Shown here: positions 12,928 to 25,537 of the stretch, one piece after another | How positions within the stretch are numbered: the first letter of the stretch is position 1 | Layout: every line of letters starts with the position of its first letter | Assembly (NCBI RefSeq): GCF_009914755.1 | Contig: NC_060926.1 | Reading direction: 5' to 3' (one strand) | DNA from: the human T2T-CHM13v2.0 reference genome, Homo sapiens | DNA: 64,000 bases | Position numbers and translations under genes: made by a program | Notes under the pieces: model-generated | Told to the model about the DNA's origin: nothing | What the model saw: the letters and a program-made list of their open reading frames with translations, nothing else | Database searches by the model: none

Positions 12928-15028
12928 TGTTTTTGGGATATTTTAATGGAAAGTGATGGAGTATGAATCCGGCCTGCTCAGGTAGCTCTAGGTCAGCCAT
13001 GAAATCTACGTCCTGATAAGGAGCCTGGAGAGGCTTCCTCAAATCCCCAGGCCATGGCATTGCCAGCGCAACACTTGCATCTCCTGACTTAGCCCAGCAC
13101 TGCCAAGCAGACCTCATGGGTGTCCTTCTGCCACCTTCGTGCTTCCTCCATCCTGGTCTCCCTGTCTGTTTACATCAGTGTTTCTCTTGGCCCAGGGCAG
13201 GGTCTCTTTATCTCACGGCCTCTGTGGTCCAGTTAGTTAGGAGAGAGTTTTGAGCAGGTGCAATTAGTGTGGAGTCTCTGGGGCCTGCACTCACACACGC
13301 GGGATCCTGACAAGCCCTGAGTCCTGGAACAGCCGCACCCTGCAGTAGCACTCACGGAGCAGCCTTTAGGCCCTGATGCTCCTTTCAAACAATCAGAAGC
13401 TTCTGTGGGCCAGAGCCGTCCACAGGGCCTTTGAGAGCCTGGGGAGGTAGAAGGGAGAGTGAGGCATCCATAGCAGTGTCTGCAGGGAAAGGGGGGTTTA
13501 CCTGTCCCCTGGCACAGTTAGATGTGTAGCTCACGCTTTGACTATAGGATGCTCTTATGTGTCCACACTTCACAAAGCACAGGGCAGCTCTGTGTTGTTG
13601 CCCAGAAGAAAATGAACCCCCCCCCCACTTCCACTATATGAATTCTCTGCATCGCTGCCTCTAGGCAGCAGGACAGCCAGCAGTAAGCTGCAGACATCCC
13701 ACCATGCTGCAGCTTGCTGTCTGCAGCAGGAAGCCCCACATACAGCCTGACAGTCAGGCCAAGCCATTTGGCCATTCACCAGTGCTGCAAGCTCAGGCAG
13801 GTTGCTTAACCTGTCTCAGTTCCTGCTTCTGAGAAGTAAAGCTAATGGGGTCTATGTCATGAGATTACTGGAAGATTAAGTAAAATAACAAGCATCAGGC
13901 AGCTGACACAGAAAGTGTGCCTGAGAGGTGGATGGATGGCTCCCTAGCCCCTCTCTTTGTCTTCTGGGCTGAGCCCCTCCCGATCCCCACAGGGCAAAGG
14001 CTGGCTGATTTTCAGTAGTTTAAGCTGGTGTGTAGCAGCTAAACTCCACATTTCTAGACCGTTTGAACAGGAAACCTGAGATGAGGGAGCGTTTGAATTG
14101 GCTCATGCAAAAAACAATATTTGCTGGAGGTTAGCTGCTGCATTATGAATTTTTAACCTCCCATAAATCAAACTGTAAAAATGGACAAAGGCTGAGTTTC
14201 CTGTGCCAGGACCAAAATAGACACCGCCTGCGTCTCTTAGACAATTCCGATTATGTTTCCACAACCAAATCATGCTGAGATGAATAGCTGGAATATTTAT
14301 CTTTAGGTCCTAACGTATAATGTAAAATAAATGAAAACAGTCTATCTTCTTGGCACTGAAATTGTGCCACCATATCCATTTACAAAGACGATAACTCAAA
14401 GACCAGGCTGTGCAAAGACCATCATGTGCCTGGGGCGGGATTTTGCTTCTCTGCTCCCATTGCTTTTCCCTACAACCGTCGTCACCAGATACCCAATACT
14501 AAATGATTAATAGAAAATCCCCAGCGGGATCAGTCCACAGCAAGGTTTAAAGTGAATCCTTTTGTGAATGCTTTATACTGACAAATACAAATGCTTTAAA
14601 AGATCCAGGAGATGGAACCTTGTAACTGCAGAGGATGGTATTTTAACTAAAGAAAGCTTTTATTAATTTGACAAACATATCTTTCCCTGGCAACTCCTAT
14701 GAGCTATAAACTTAGACGAATATCATAACAACTAAGAGATTTTTATTCTTTCAATTTAGTGGTAAAGGGAGGTATTAAAGCACCTGATTTACTATGAGGC
14801 AGAAAGAAACATGAGCTCGAGTGTTACAAGCAAATGTTACAGACTTCTAGAAGGAAAGACCGCACCAAAAAAGTGAAGTTGGAGCTGAACTTTAAAGGAT
14901 GATAAAGGTTTTAGTATGGAAAATAGAGCTCCAGAGGCCAAGAGAAATGTGGCTACACTGAGGTGAAACTGGCAATAGGGTGTGGAGTGAAAGTATACGA
15001 TGCAAAAAATAAACTGAAAGCAAGCATG

Positions 15029-15320
15029 GGCCAGGCACGGCGGCTCACGCCTGTAATCCCAGCATGTTGGGAGACCCACGTGGGAGGATCACTTGAGGCC
15101 AGGAGTTTGAGACCAGCCTGGCCCACATGGCAAAGCCCTGTCTCTACTAAAAACACAAAAATTAGCCAGGAATGGTGGCACACACCAGTAGTCCCAGGTA
15201 CTTGGGAGGTTGAGGCAGGAGGATCGCTTGAACCCAGGAGGCAGAGGTTGCAATCAGCCTAGATCATACCACTGCACTCCAGCCTGGGTGACAGAGCAAG
15301 ACTCGGTCTCCAAAAAAAAT
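15029..15320 (+). mobile_element. Alu (old S/J-type)
   Basis: ggccaggcacggcggctcacgcc...A tail; degenerate TSD aaagcaagcatg/aaagcaaagtatg. Confidence 0.95.
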
Positions 15321-15577
15321 AAAGCAAAGTATGAAGCAATTTGGAATAAGGAAGATAGAGCCTTATAGGAGACTGGAGGTTTTTAAAGGCTTCTAACAAA
15401 AGGGCTGATATGATATCAGCAGTGTGAATGAATCCATTCATTCACTTAACAAATATTTACCGAGCTCCTCAGTGAGGGATGGAGTGGTAGGTAACAAAAC
15501 CAATAGGCTCCTGCCCCCATGGACCCACAGTTTCATGGGGTGACAAGCATTAACAAATAAACCTGTAAGTAAATGTA

Positions 15578-15646
15578 TTAGGTTGACGCAAAAGTAATTG
15601 TAGTTTCTGCATTACTTTTAATGCAATTACTTTTGTGTCAACCTAA
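15578..15646. mobile_element. MADE1 MITE (Hsmar1-derived), near-palindromic
   Basis: TA|ttaggttgacgcaaaagtaattg...caattacttttgtgtcaacctaa|TA; 23-bp arms with 1 mismatch. Confidence 0.9.
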
Positions 15647-15947
15647 TATAATTACAGGCAGAAGAGAGAACTACGTAAGAAGGGTGCTTAGGGTGATGTC
15701 CAAGGATAGCAGGGAGCCCTGACTAATACTGGGGGTTGGAGAGAGGAGAGAAGGCATTGCTGAGGACCTGGCATCCACACTGGGTCCTGGGGGGTCAATG
15801 GAGTTGGAAAGCAGGGCTATGCTGGGGCCAGGGCTGCAGCAGAGATTGGAAGCATTCCAAGTGCAGGACTAGGAACAAAGGCCTTTTGGCAAATGAAGAG
15901 GTAGGCATTTTCAAGAAAACAAAAGAGAAGAGAGTGGCATAAGATAA

Positions 15948-16449
<502 letters not shown>

Positions 16450-16591
16450 ACATTCAGGATTTTAATCAGGAAGTGCAAGGGGAAGCCACTGTCTGGAGTG
16501 ATAAGATCTGGTTGGTTGAATAACGTCCCTCTGGCTGCTGTATGGAAGGTGGATCTCAGAGGAGTGATTCTGAAAGACATTGTGGTGATCC

Positions 16592-17361
16592 TGAGGACTA
16601 TCATCTGATTTTTTTTTATCTTGTCCGAATTTCTATCTCAAGGGTCTGGGGAGTCATGTTCTACAAATCATAAATTCTCATCAGACGGGTTTAATTTAAC
16701 CCTATATAGGATGACTTACTTTCCAACCTGACTCTGGCATAACATTATGAGACAAGGAAGAAAATCAAAATATTTTACCCCAAAACATGTTTCTTTGCCA
16801 TATCTTGAAATGGCCCTGCAAAGCTGTCCTTTGTGGGGGAAAATTTGCATCTATAAAGAATCTCTATTAACCTAGCTAGTTCTTTTTCTTCAAGACCCTC
16901 CCAATCCTAAAGAGATTAACTAAAAGTCTAGCACCTTCTAAAGATCTGAATAGGAAACATTTGTCATCTGTTATCTCTAAAGGGCAGCCACCATAAGACT
17001 TCAAAAGAACCTTGGTCTTCACAATCTTTTATCTTAACCCGAACATTTCCTTTCTGTGATCCCAGGTCTTTAGATAAACTCAACCAATTGTCAACCAGAA
17101 AATGTTTAAATTCACCTATAGTCTGGAAGCCCCTGCTTTGAGCTGTTCTGCCTTTCTGGATCAAACCAACGTATTTCTTTAATGTATTTGATTGATGTCT
17201 CATGCCTCCCTAAAATGTATAAAACCAAGCTGTGCCCTGACCACCTTGGGCACATGTTCTCAGGACCTCCTGAGGGCTGTGTCAGAGACCATGGTCACTC
17301 ATATTTGGCTCAGAATAAATCTCTTCAAATATTTTACAGAGTTTGACTCTTTTCATTGACA
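16592..17361 (+). mobile_element. MER4-family ERV1 solo LTR
   Basis: tgaggacta...tctgatttttttttatcttg...ggtctggggagtcatg...tcagaataaatctcttcaaatattttacagagtttgactcttttcattgaca. Confidence 0.85.
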
Positions 17362-18265
17362 ATGTGAAGGAGATATGCAGCAGTTTGCACAGAGCAGTCC
17401 TGGTGAACCAGGAGGCAAGAGGGCAATTTAAGACCTCCTTCAAAGTTACAGCAGACAGATCTTGCTGATGGGTTGGGGGTTGGGAGCAGTAGAGGAGGGA
17501 AAAGTCAAGGAGATTCCATGTTCTGACTTGAGCCACTGAGCAGAAGGTGGTAGTTTCCCAGAGATGGAAAAGCCTAAAGTAATGTTAATGCGTAGGCTGC
17601 AGGTGAGAGGTCAAGAAATCAGCTTGAGATTTGGAAACACTGAATGCCTATGAGACATCCAATGCAGAGGTCAAGTGGGCCATTCACAATATGAGTCAGA
17701 AGCTCAGAAAAATGAAAACAACCACAGATCATCTGGGAGGAGGGCAGAGTAGAGGCAACAGCTAGAAAGGGCAGTTTCCATCTTGGCTTCCTGTGCCTGG
17801 GATCTGCCCCAGCTGACCTTTCCAGGAAGTCTCTGGTAGTCACCTGCCGACCTTATCACAAAGCTCTCCAAAACACATCAACCTTAATTTCAGGTTCAGG
17901 TTCACCCAAGAAGAAAAACAGTAGGCTTTTGTCTTATATCCTTTTGCAATCACTTACCCTTCTCCAAATCTGGGCCCCAAGCAATTATGAGTTTACTTTC
18001 TGTTGCGATAGCTTAGCTTTGCCTGTTCTCCTCCTCGGTTCTTTGAATGTGCCTATAATAATCTCCAACAGGTTTCTTTGATATTATGACAAATTCTAGA
18101 CACATCCTGCATTTTCCTTGACTGCAGAATCTGTATTAACTCTTCTCAAGAGCCCTGGTTCCTTTTTGTGGGAAATGATATGTAGAGACCACAATCTGGG
18201 TTCAAAGGGTGCTAATTAATAGTGATTCATTGTTACTAGGCCTTTTATAAAGCTAGGAAATTTCT

Positions 18266-18565
<300 letters not shown>

Positions 18566-18695
18566 CTAGGGAATTTCTAAAAATTAAGATAAAACACTTC
18601 CTAATTCATACTGCTAGCTTCCGATCCAGATTCTGGATATAGGCTTTTTACTAAAATTGATTAATCTTACTTCTATTCTTTTTTCTCCCACACAG

Positions 18696-18795
18696 AAAAT
18701 TCTGGTTCTCAATGACACCAGCATCATTACTGATTTGCTTTCTACTCACACACAAATAGCCTCCAAATAAGAATGCCAACACTATCACCAAAAAG
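18696..18795 (+). ncRNA. Candidate internal exon (100 nt) of a spliced lncRNA/smORF transcript
   Basis: Long polypyrimidine tract ttaatcttacttctattcttttttctcccacacAG| and strong donor AAG|gtaatt; no transcript data available here. Confidence 0.5.
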
Positions 18796-19109
18796 GTAAT
18801 TGCTGAAAACTGTCTAAGATCTTTAGCAGGTTTTTGGTGGGAAGGGCTTGGGGGTTTGGGAGGTTGGTTTGGCTTTTTTTTGTTTGTTTGTTTGGTTGTT
18901 GTTTTTTTTTTTTGGTCCTGACATTATATCCCACTTGGAATGTATACTGTAATTACCATATTTGGAAACCACTTGAAATAGTTTCTCTTTGTGTGGTACG
19001 ACATCAAATGCATACATCATGAAATTTGTTCTATTTTGCCTTCTATTTTTATGAATGGTTTTAATGGTGGTTTTGTTTTGCAACTATGTAAAAATATGTA
19101 CATGTCCCA

Positions 19110-19241
19110 AGTCAAATTCCAAAAACAAGACATATTCAAAGAATTTTAGCTTCTCTACCTGCTATCCCTTTCCTCTAGTCAAATTCCAAAACGAGATATA
19201 TTCAAAGAATTTAGCTTCTCTACCTGCTATCCCTTTCCTCT
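19110..19241 (+). repeat. Tandem duplication, ~66-bp unit x2
   Basis: agtcaaattccaaaa...tattcaaagaattt(t)agcttctctacctgctatccctttcctct occurs twice head-to-tail. Confidence 0.95.
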
Positions 19242-19319
19242 GAGATAGCGTTTTTTTAAGATTTATACCAGCACTGTTTTTACACATGCACATGTGCACA
19301 CACACATACACATATTCCT

Positions 19320-21542
19320 TGTATTAGCTCATTTTCCTACTGCTATAAAGAAATACCAAAGACTGGGTCATTTATAAAGGAAAACAGGTTTAACAGACTC
19401 AGTTCCACCTGGCTGGGGAAGCCTCACAATCATGGCGGAAGGTGAAGAAGAAGCAAAGACACGTGTTACATGACGGCCGTCAAGAGAGAAGTGCAGCATG
19501 AAATGGGGGAAGGCCCCTTATAAAACCATCAGATCTTGTGAGAACTCACTCACTACCACAAGAACAGTTTGGAGGTAACAACTCCCATGATTCAATTACC
19601 TCCCACCAGGTCCCTTCCACAACAAGATGAGATTTGAGTGGAAACACAGCCAAACAATATCATTCTGCCCCTGGCCCCTCCCAGATCTTATGTTCTTACA
19701 ATTCAAAACATAATCATGCCCTTCCAATAGTCCTCCAAAGTCTTAACTCACTCCAGCATTAACTCAAAAGTCCAAGTCGAAAGTCTCATCTGAGACAAAG
19801 CAAGTCCCTTCAACCTATGAACCTGTAAAATCAAAAGCAATTTAGTTACTTCCTAGATACAATGGGGGTACAGGCATTGGGTAAATACACCCATTCCAAA
19901 TGGGAAAAATTGGCCAAAACAAAGAGTCTGCAAGCCCTATGCAAGTCCAAAATCCAATAGTGCAGTCATTAAACCTTACAGTTCCAAAATGATCTCCTTT
20001 GACTCCATGTCTCACATCCAGGGCACACTGATGCAAGAGGTAGGCTCCCATAGCCTTTGGCAGCTCTGCCCCTGTGCCTTTACAGGGTACAGCCCCTCTC
20101 CTGGCTGCTTTCACCGGCAAGCATTGAATGTCTGTGGCTTTTCCAGGCGCATGGTGCAATCTGTCAGTGGATCTACCATTCTGGGGTGTGGAGGACAGTG
20201 GCCCTCTTCTCACAGCTCCACTAGGCAGTACCCCAGTGGGAACTCTTTGTGGGGGCTCCAACCCCACGTTTCCCTTCTGCACTGCCCCAGCAGAGGTTCT
20301 CCATGAGGGCCTTGCCTTCGCAGGAAACTTCTGCCTGGACAGCTAGGTGTTTCCAAACACCCTCTGAAATCTAAGTGGAGGTTCCCAAACCTCTGTTCTT
20401 GACCTCTGTGACCCTAAAGACTCAACACCACATAGAAGCTCCCAAGATTTGGGGCTTGTACCCTCTGAAGCCACAGCTGGAGTGGCTAGGATGCAGGACA
20501 TCAAGTCCTGAGGCTTCACACAGCAGGGAGGCCCTGGACACAGCCCAGGAAACCATTTTTTCCTCCTAGGCCTCCAGGCCTGTGATGGAAGGGGCTGCTG
20601 CAAAGGTATCTGACATGCCCTGGAGACATTTTCCCCATTGTCTTGGTGATTAGCATTTGGCTCCTCACCACTTATGCAAACTTCTGCTGCCAGCTTGAAT
20701 TTCTCCCCAGAAAATGAGTTTTTCTCTCCTAGTGCATCATCAGGCTGCAAATTTTTCAAACTCTTATGCTCTGCTTCCTCTTGAATGCTTTGCTGCTTAG
20801 AAATTTCTTCCACCAGATACCCTAAATTATCTCCCTTAGGTTCAAAGTTCCACAGATCTCTAGGGCAGGGCAAAATGCCATCAGTCTCCTTGCATAGCAA
20901 CAGTGACCTTTGCTCTAGTTCCCAACAAGTTCCTCATCTCCATCTGAGATCACTTCAGCCTGGGTTTTATTGTCCATATCACTATCAGCATTTTGGTCAA
21001 AGCCATTCAACAAGTCTCTAGGAAATTCCAAACTTTCCCACATCTTCCTGTCTTCTTCTGAACCCTCCAAACTGTTGCAACCTCTGCTTGTTACCCAGTT
21101 CCAAAGTCGCTTCCACATTTTCAGAAATCTTAATAGCAGTACTTCACTCTACCAGTACCAATTTATTGCATCAGTCCATTTTCATACTGCTATGAAGAAA
21201 TACCCAAGACTGGATAATTTATAATGTGTAAAGGAAAAGAGGTTTAATGGACTCACAGTTCCACATGGCTAGGGAGGCATCACAATCATGGCAGAAGGCA
21301 AAGGAGGAGTAAAGCCATGTCTTACCTGGAGGCAGGCAAGAGAGAAGTGCAGCATGAAGCAGAGGAAAAGCCCCTTATAAAACCATCAGATCCTGTAATA
21401 ACTCACTATCACAAGAACGGTATGGTGGTAACTGCCCCCATGATTCAATTAACTCCTACTAGGTCCCTCCTATGACACATGGAGATTATGGGAACTACAG
21501 TTCATGATGAGATTTGGGTGGGGACACAGCCAAGCCATATCA
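19320..21542 (-). mobile_element. Full-length THE1 (THE1C/D-like) MaLR: LTR 19320-19662, internal 19663-21166, LTR 21167-21542
   Basis: Two homologous LTRs in the same orientation, THE1-int body, perfect 5-bp TSD TTCCT (19315-19319, 21543-21547). Confidence 0.92.
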
Positions 21543-21877
21543 TTCCTATTACCTTTCTGAGATATATGGAAGCATATGGTATGTAAACATATTGTTCTCT
21601 TTGTTCTCATTGCCTAATATGACTGCACTGTGGCCTCTGATCCTCTTCCTTCCTTTTACACCCTAATGCTCCATTACATGGAAGCACCACTGTTATTCAA
21701 CCAGTCATCCATCCATGAAAATTTGTCATTTGTAATCTTCCATTATTATAAATAGGGTTGCAATAAATAGTCTTGATCATTTGTCTTTTTGTATTTCTGC
21801 TAGCACCACTCATTTTTAGGGCACTTACTACATTCCAGGCCTTAATAATATACCGGCGGGAAGACATAAATCCCTGC

Positions 21878-22218
21878 TGCTATGATCGAAATATTTGTCT
21901 ACCCCCACTCCTAAATGTATATGATAAAATGATGGTATTAGAAAGTGGGGCCTTTGGGAGGTGAGGAGGTCATAAAGGTGGATCCCTCATGACTGGAATT
22001 AGCATCTTTATAAAAGAGACCCCAGGGAGCCACCTCACCCTGTCTGCCATATGAGAACACAGCCAGAAGGCATCATCTGTAAACCAGGAAGCAGATTCTC
22101 ACCAGATACAGAATCTGCCAGAACCTCCATCCTCCAGAACCGTGAGGACTAATTTTCTGTTGTTTATAAACACCTAGAGTGTGGTATTTTGTCATAGCAG
22201 CCCAGATGGACTAAGACA
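21878..22218 (+). mobile_element. MLT1A-type solo LTR inserted in an L2 fragment
   Basis: tgctatg...gtggggcctttgggaggtg...gatggactaagaca; perfect 5-bp TSD CCTGC. Confidence 0.85.
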
Positions 22219-23464
22219 CCTGCCCTTAAGAAGTCCTCATTCTTTTGGGGTTGGGGGAAGAAGGACATTACAGAGAATCTGTTGGAATGTGGTAGGGGCT
22301 CTGAGGAAAAGTAAAGCTGGGTAAAGGGGATAGGAGCCATGGGATGGGGGTGGGCGTTCTAGCCTATTCAGATAAGTCCCCTCGGATAATAGGGCAGTTC
22401 AGCAGAAACCTGGAGGAAGTGAGGGAGTGAGCCACAAAGGCTCCAGGAAGAGGAACAGCAAATGCAAAGAGAAGCACACCTGAAATAGGAACAAATCATA
22501 GGCCAGTGAGACTGCAGCAAAGTGAGTGAGGGGAGGTGGTGGGAGAGCAGATCAGAGGCATGGCTGTGGCCTGGATCATGAGGCTCACGGAAGGGTATGG
22601 TGCATTCCAGAAGGCCCAGGCACAGGTAAGGCAGGCAACTGTCTGGGAGCCCCAGCCCCCATACCCAAGCACCCAAGCCCAGCACCACACTCCCGACCAG
22701 CTCCCCAAGACTTTGAAACTTGAAGCCCATTCCCATCATCTGTGGCACTGGCCCTGCCTGCTCAGGCCTGGGTAGCAGAGTGCACAATACATGGAATGTC
22801 TGGGCAGGCCACCATGGGACAGAGCACAGAGGACACCCATACAGCAGCTGAGAATGACCACAGGCCCTCTGGACCCAGTCGCCGGCTGCTCCCAAAGCTG
22901 TCTGCTCCTTCAGTGTCCAGCTATGCCATCTACCCCAGAAGATTCCCCCTTGGCTTGATGACCTGGTTGCAGCATTTACCTTGGTACACAATTTGTATTG
23001 TTTTAGGTGATTAAAAGTAATTCTCACCAACTCCACATGCCATAAGCCTGGGTAAGAAATGCCCCACCTGGTGCACTCCCAGGCCCCAAGCCCTATGCTA
23101 ATTGACTATTCAAGGCATTCTCTGGCACCCACTCACTCACTATGCCTCAGTTCCCACCTGTAGGTTAGCAAATATGTCATGGGACACCAGGTAAGCGTGA
23201 CTTTGTTGAGGAGTTAAGCTGAGGAGGAAAACTGAAGTCAGGATAGGCATACAGTGGGTTCTCTGACTTTTGAATCCTTTTGGCCCTGGTTTCCTCATTT
23301 AAAGGGATGAGGATAAAAGACTGGTTCCTGTATCATAGGATACATACATATCATAGGATAAATGTTAACTGTCACACATGTAGTGGAGTGATGTCTAATA
23401 TACACTATGTGCAGAAAATGTGTTACACGATGACAGTGATTTTTATTATCATTACCATACATGG

Positions 23465-23812
23465 TGTCTTAGTTCTTTTGGACTGCTATAGAAAAATATC
23501 ATAAACTGGGTAGCCGATAAACAACAGAAATATATTTTGGATAGCTCTGCAGGCTGGGAAGACCAAGATTAGGGCACCAGCAGGTTCCATGTCTGGCAAG
23601 GGCCCATTTTCTGGTTCTGAGACAGCACCTTCTCACTGTGTCCTCATGGGGTGGAAGTGCTGAGGGATCTCTTAGGGGCCTCTTTGAGAAGGGCACTAAT
23701 CCCATTTGTGAGGGCTCCAGTCCCATGACATAATCACCTCCCAGAGGCCCCACCTCCTAATACCATCACCTGGGGGTTAGGTTTCAACGCTAGAAAAAGT
23801 CAAACTATACCA
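23465..23812 (-). mobile_element. MLT1A-type solo LTR
   Basis: tgtcttagt...ataaacaacagaaat...aatcacctcccagaggccccacctcctaataccatcacc. Confidence 0.8.
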
Positions 23813-24124
23813 GCGACTAGAAGAATTTCATAAAATTCTGGAAAGTCTGTCACGTTCTGATAGTGCTGCTTCTCTCCTCCTGGGGGTCATGCGTAAAATG
23901 CCTCAGCCATTCCGAGAGCCAGTGAGGTGATCTGCGGAAGAGAGGAAGAGCAGAGCTGGGCACAGCATCCCCTCCACTTTGGTAGAGAACCCTGATGGAC
24001 AAGGGAGTGGTGGTGACGCTCTCAAGAGGTGTTGTGAGGGAAAGGGTGAGACAGAGTGCAGACAGAGGGTGAGGCAGCGCCAAAGGACAGATTTGAGGGT
24101 TCCTTTTAAAGACTAGATGTGCCA

Positions 24125-24477
<353 letters not shown>

Positions 24478-25176
24478 CTAGATGTGTCTGTTAAAGCCAC
24501 ATTAACAAAAGCAAAACCTCTGCAGGGATTTCAAATAGAGAGAATGCAACGCGGGGCTCTTACTGCACAGCTGGCAGAGGAGGTGAGGAGCCAGCAGGGC
24601 AAGCTGAGTAACCCGGGGCTGGCATGTCTGACAGTCACAGCCACCTTGCTGGAGAGAGGCTGGGCAGTGGTGATGTTTGGGGCCGGAAAGCTGGGGCTGG
24701 AGATGGAGTGTGGTGGGCTGCCTTTGGGAGCTGCTGCCAGAGACCCAGCAGTGAGCAGAGAGGTGATGCGGACCAGCACCCCCTCCTCCCGCTCATCCCT
24801 AATCTTCCTCTGGGGCCTACCATTGGCCAAACCTGCCCAGGAGCCTGGGGTGAGTGGGCCTGAGGAATAGAAGAGCCAGAACTGTGGATGGACAGCTCTA
24901 TGGGAGATTTGACAACTTTAGGGGTAGGATGAAGGAGGTGAGAATCAGAGCCATGGGGTCGGGGGACGGGGGTCAGAGACGTGGCCGGGGTGGGTCTGGC
25001 TGGAGGAGCAGGAAGCCTGTTCTAGCAGTTGGAGCAAAGCTGGCGTTTACAGGGAGAAGGTGCTTCACCCTCAAGGGAGCTCAGAACAGGCCCTGGGAAC
25101 GCTGGCCTGGGGTCCTGGGTATGCTGGCAAGGGTCCTGCAGAGGTTTCCTCGCTGCCACTCCCACAGGAGGGATAC

Positions 25177-25537
25177 TGATATGGTTTGGCTGTGTCCCTA
25201 CCCAAATCTCATCTTGAATCCTAGCTCCCACAATCCCCATGTGCTGTGGGAGGGACCCGGTGGGAGGTGATTGAATCATGGGGGCAGTTTCCCCCATACT
25301 GCTTTCATGGTAGTGAATAAGTCTCATGAGATCTGACGGTTTTATAAGGGGAAACACCTTTTGCTTGGCTCTCATTCTCTCTCTTGTCTGCTGCCATGTA
25401 AGACATGTCTTTCACCTTCCACTGTGATTGAGGCCTCCCCAGCCATGTGGAACTGTGGTCCATTAAACCGCGTTTTCTCTATAAATTATCCAGTCTCGCG
25501 TATGTCTTTATCAGCAGCATGAAAACAGACTAATACA
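25177..25537 (+). mobile_element. THE1 solo LTR (THE1B/C-like)
   Basis: tgatatggtttggctgtgtccc...aaaacagactaataca; degenerate TSD gatac/gacgc. Confidence 0.9.

Noticed and set aside
19842-21118. Several 60-185 aa ORFs on both strands
   Set aside because: All lie in the THE1 internal region; decayed MaLR sequence, not a host gene
22368-23036. 222-aa minus-strand ORF
   Set aside because: Overlaps degenerate L2 sequence, has no recognisable domain and no convincing start or splice context
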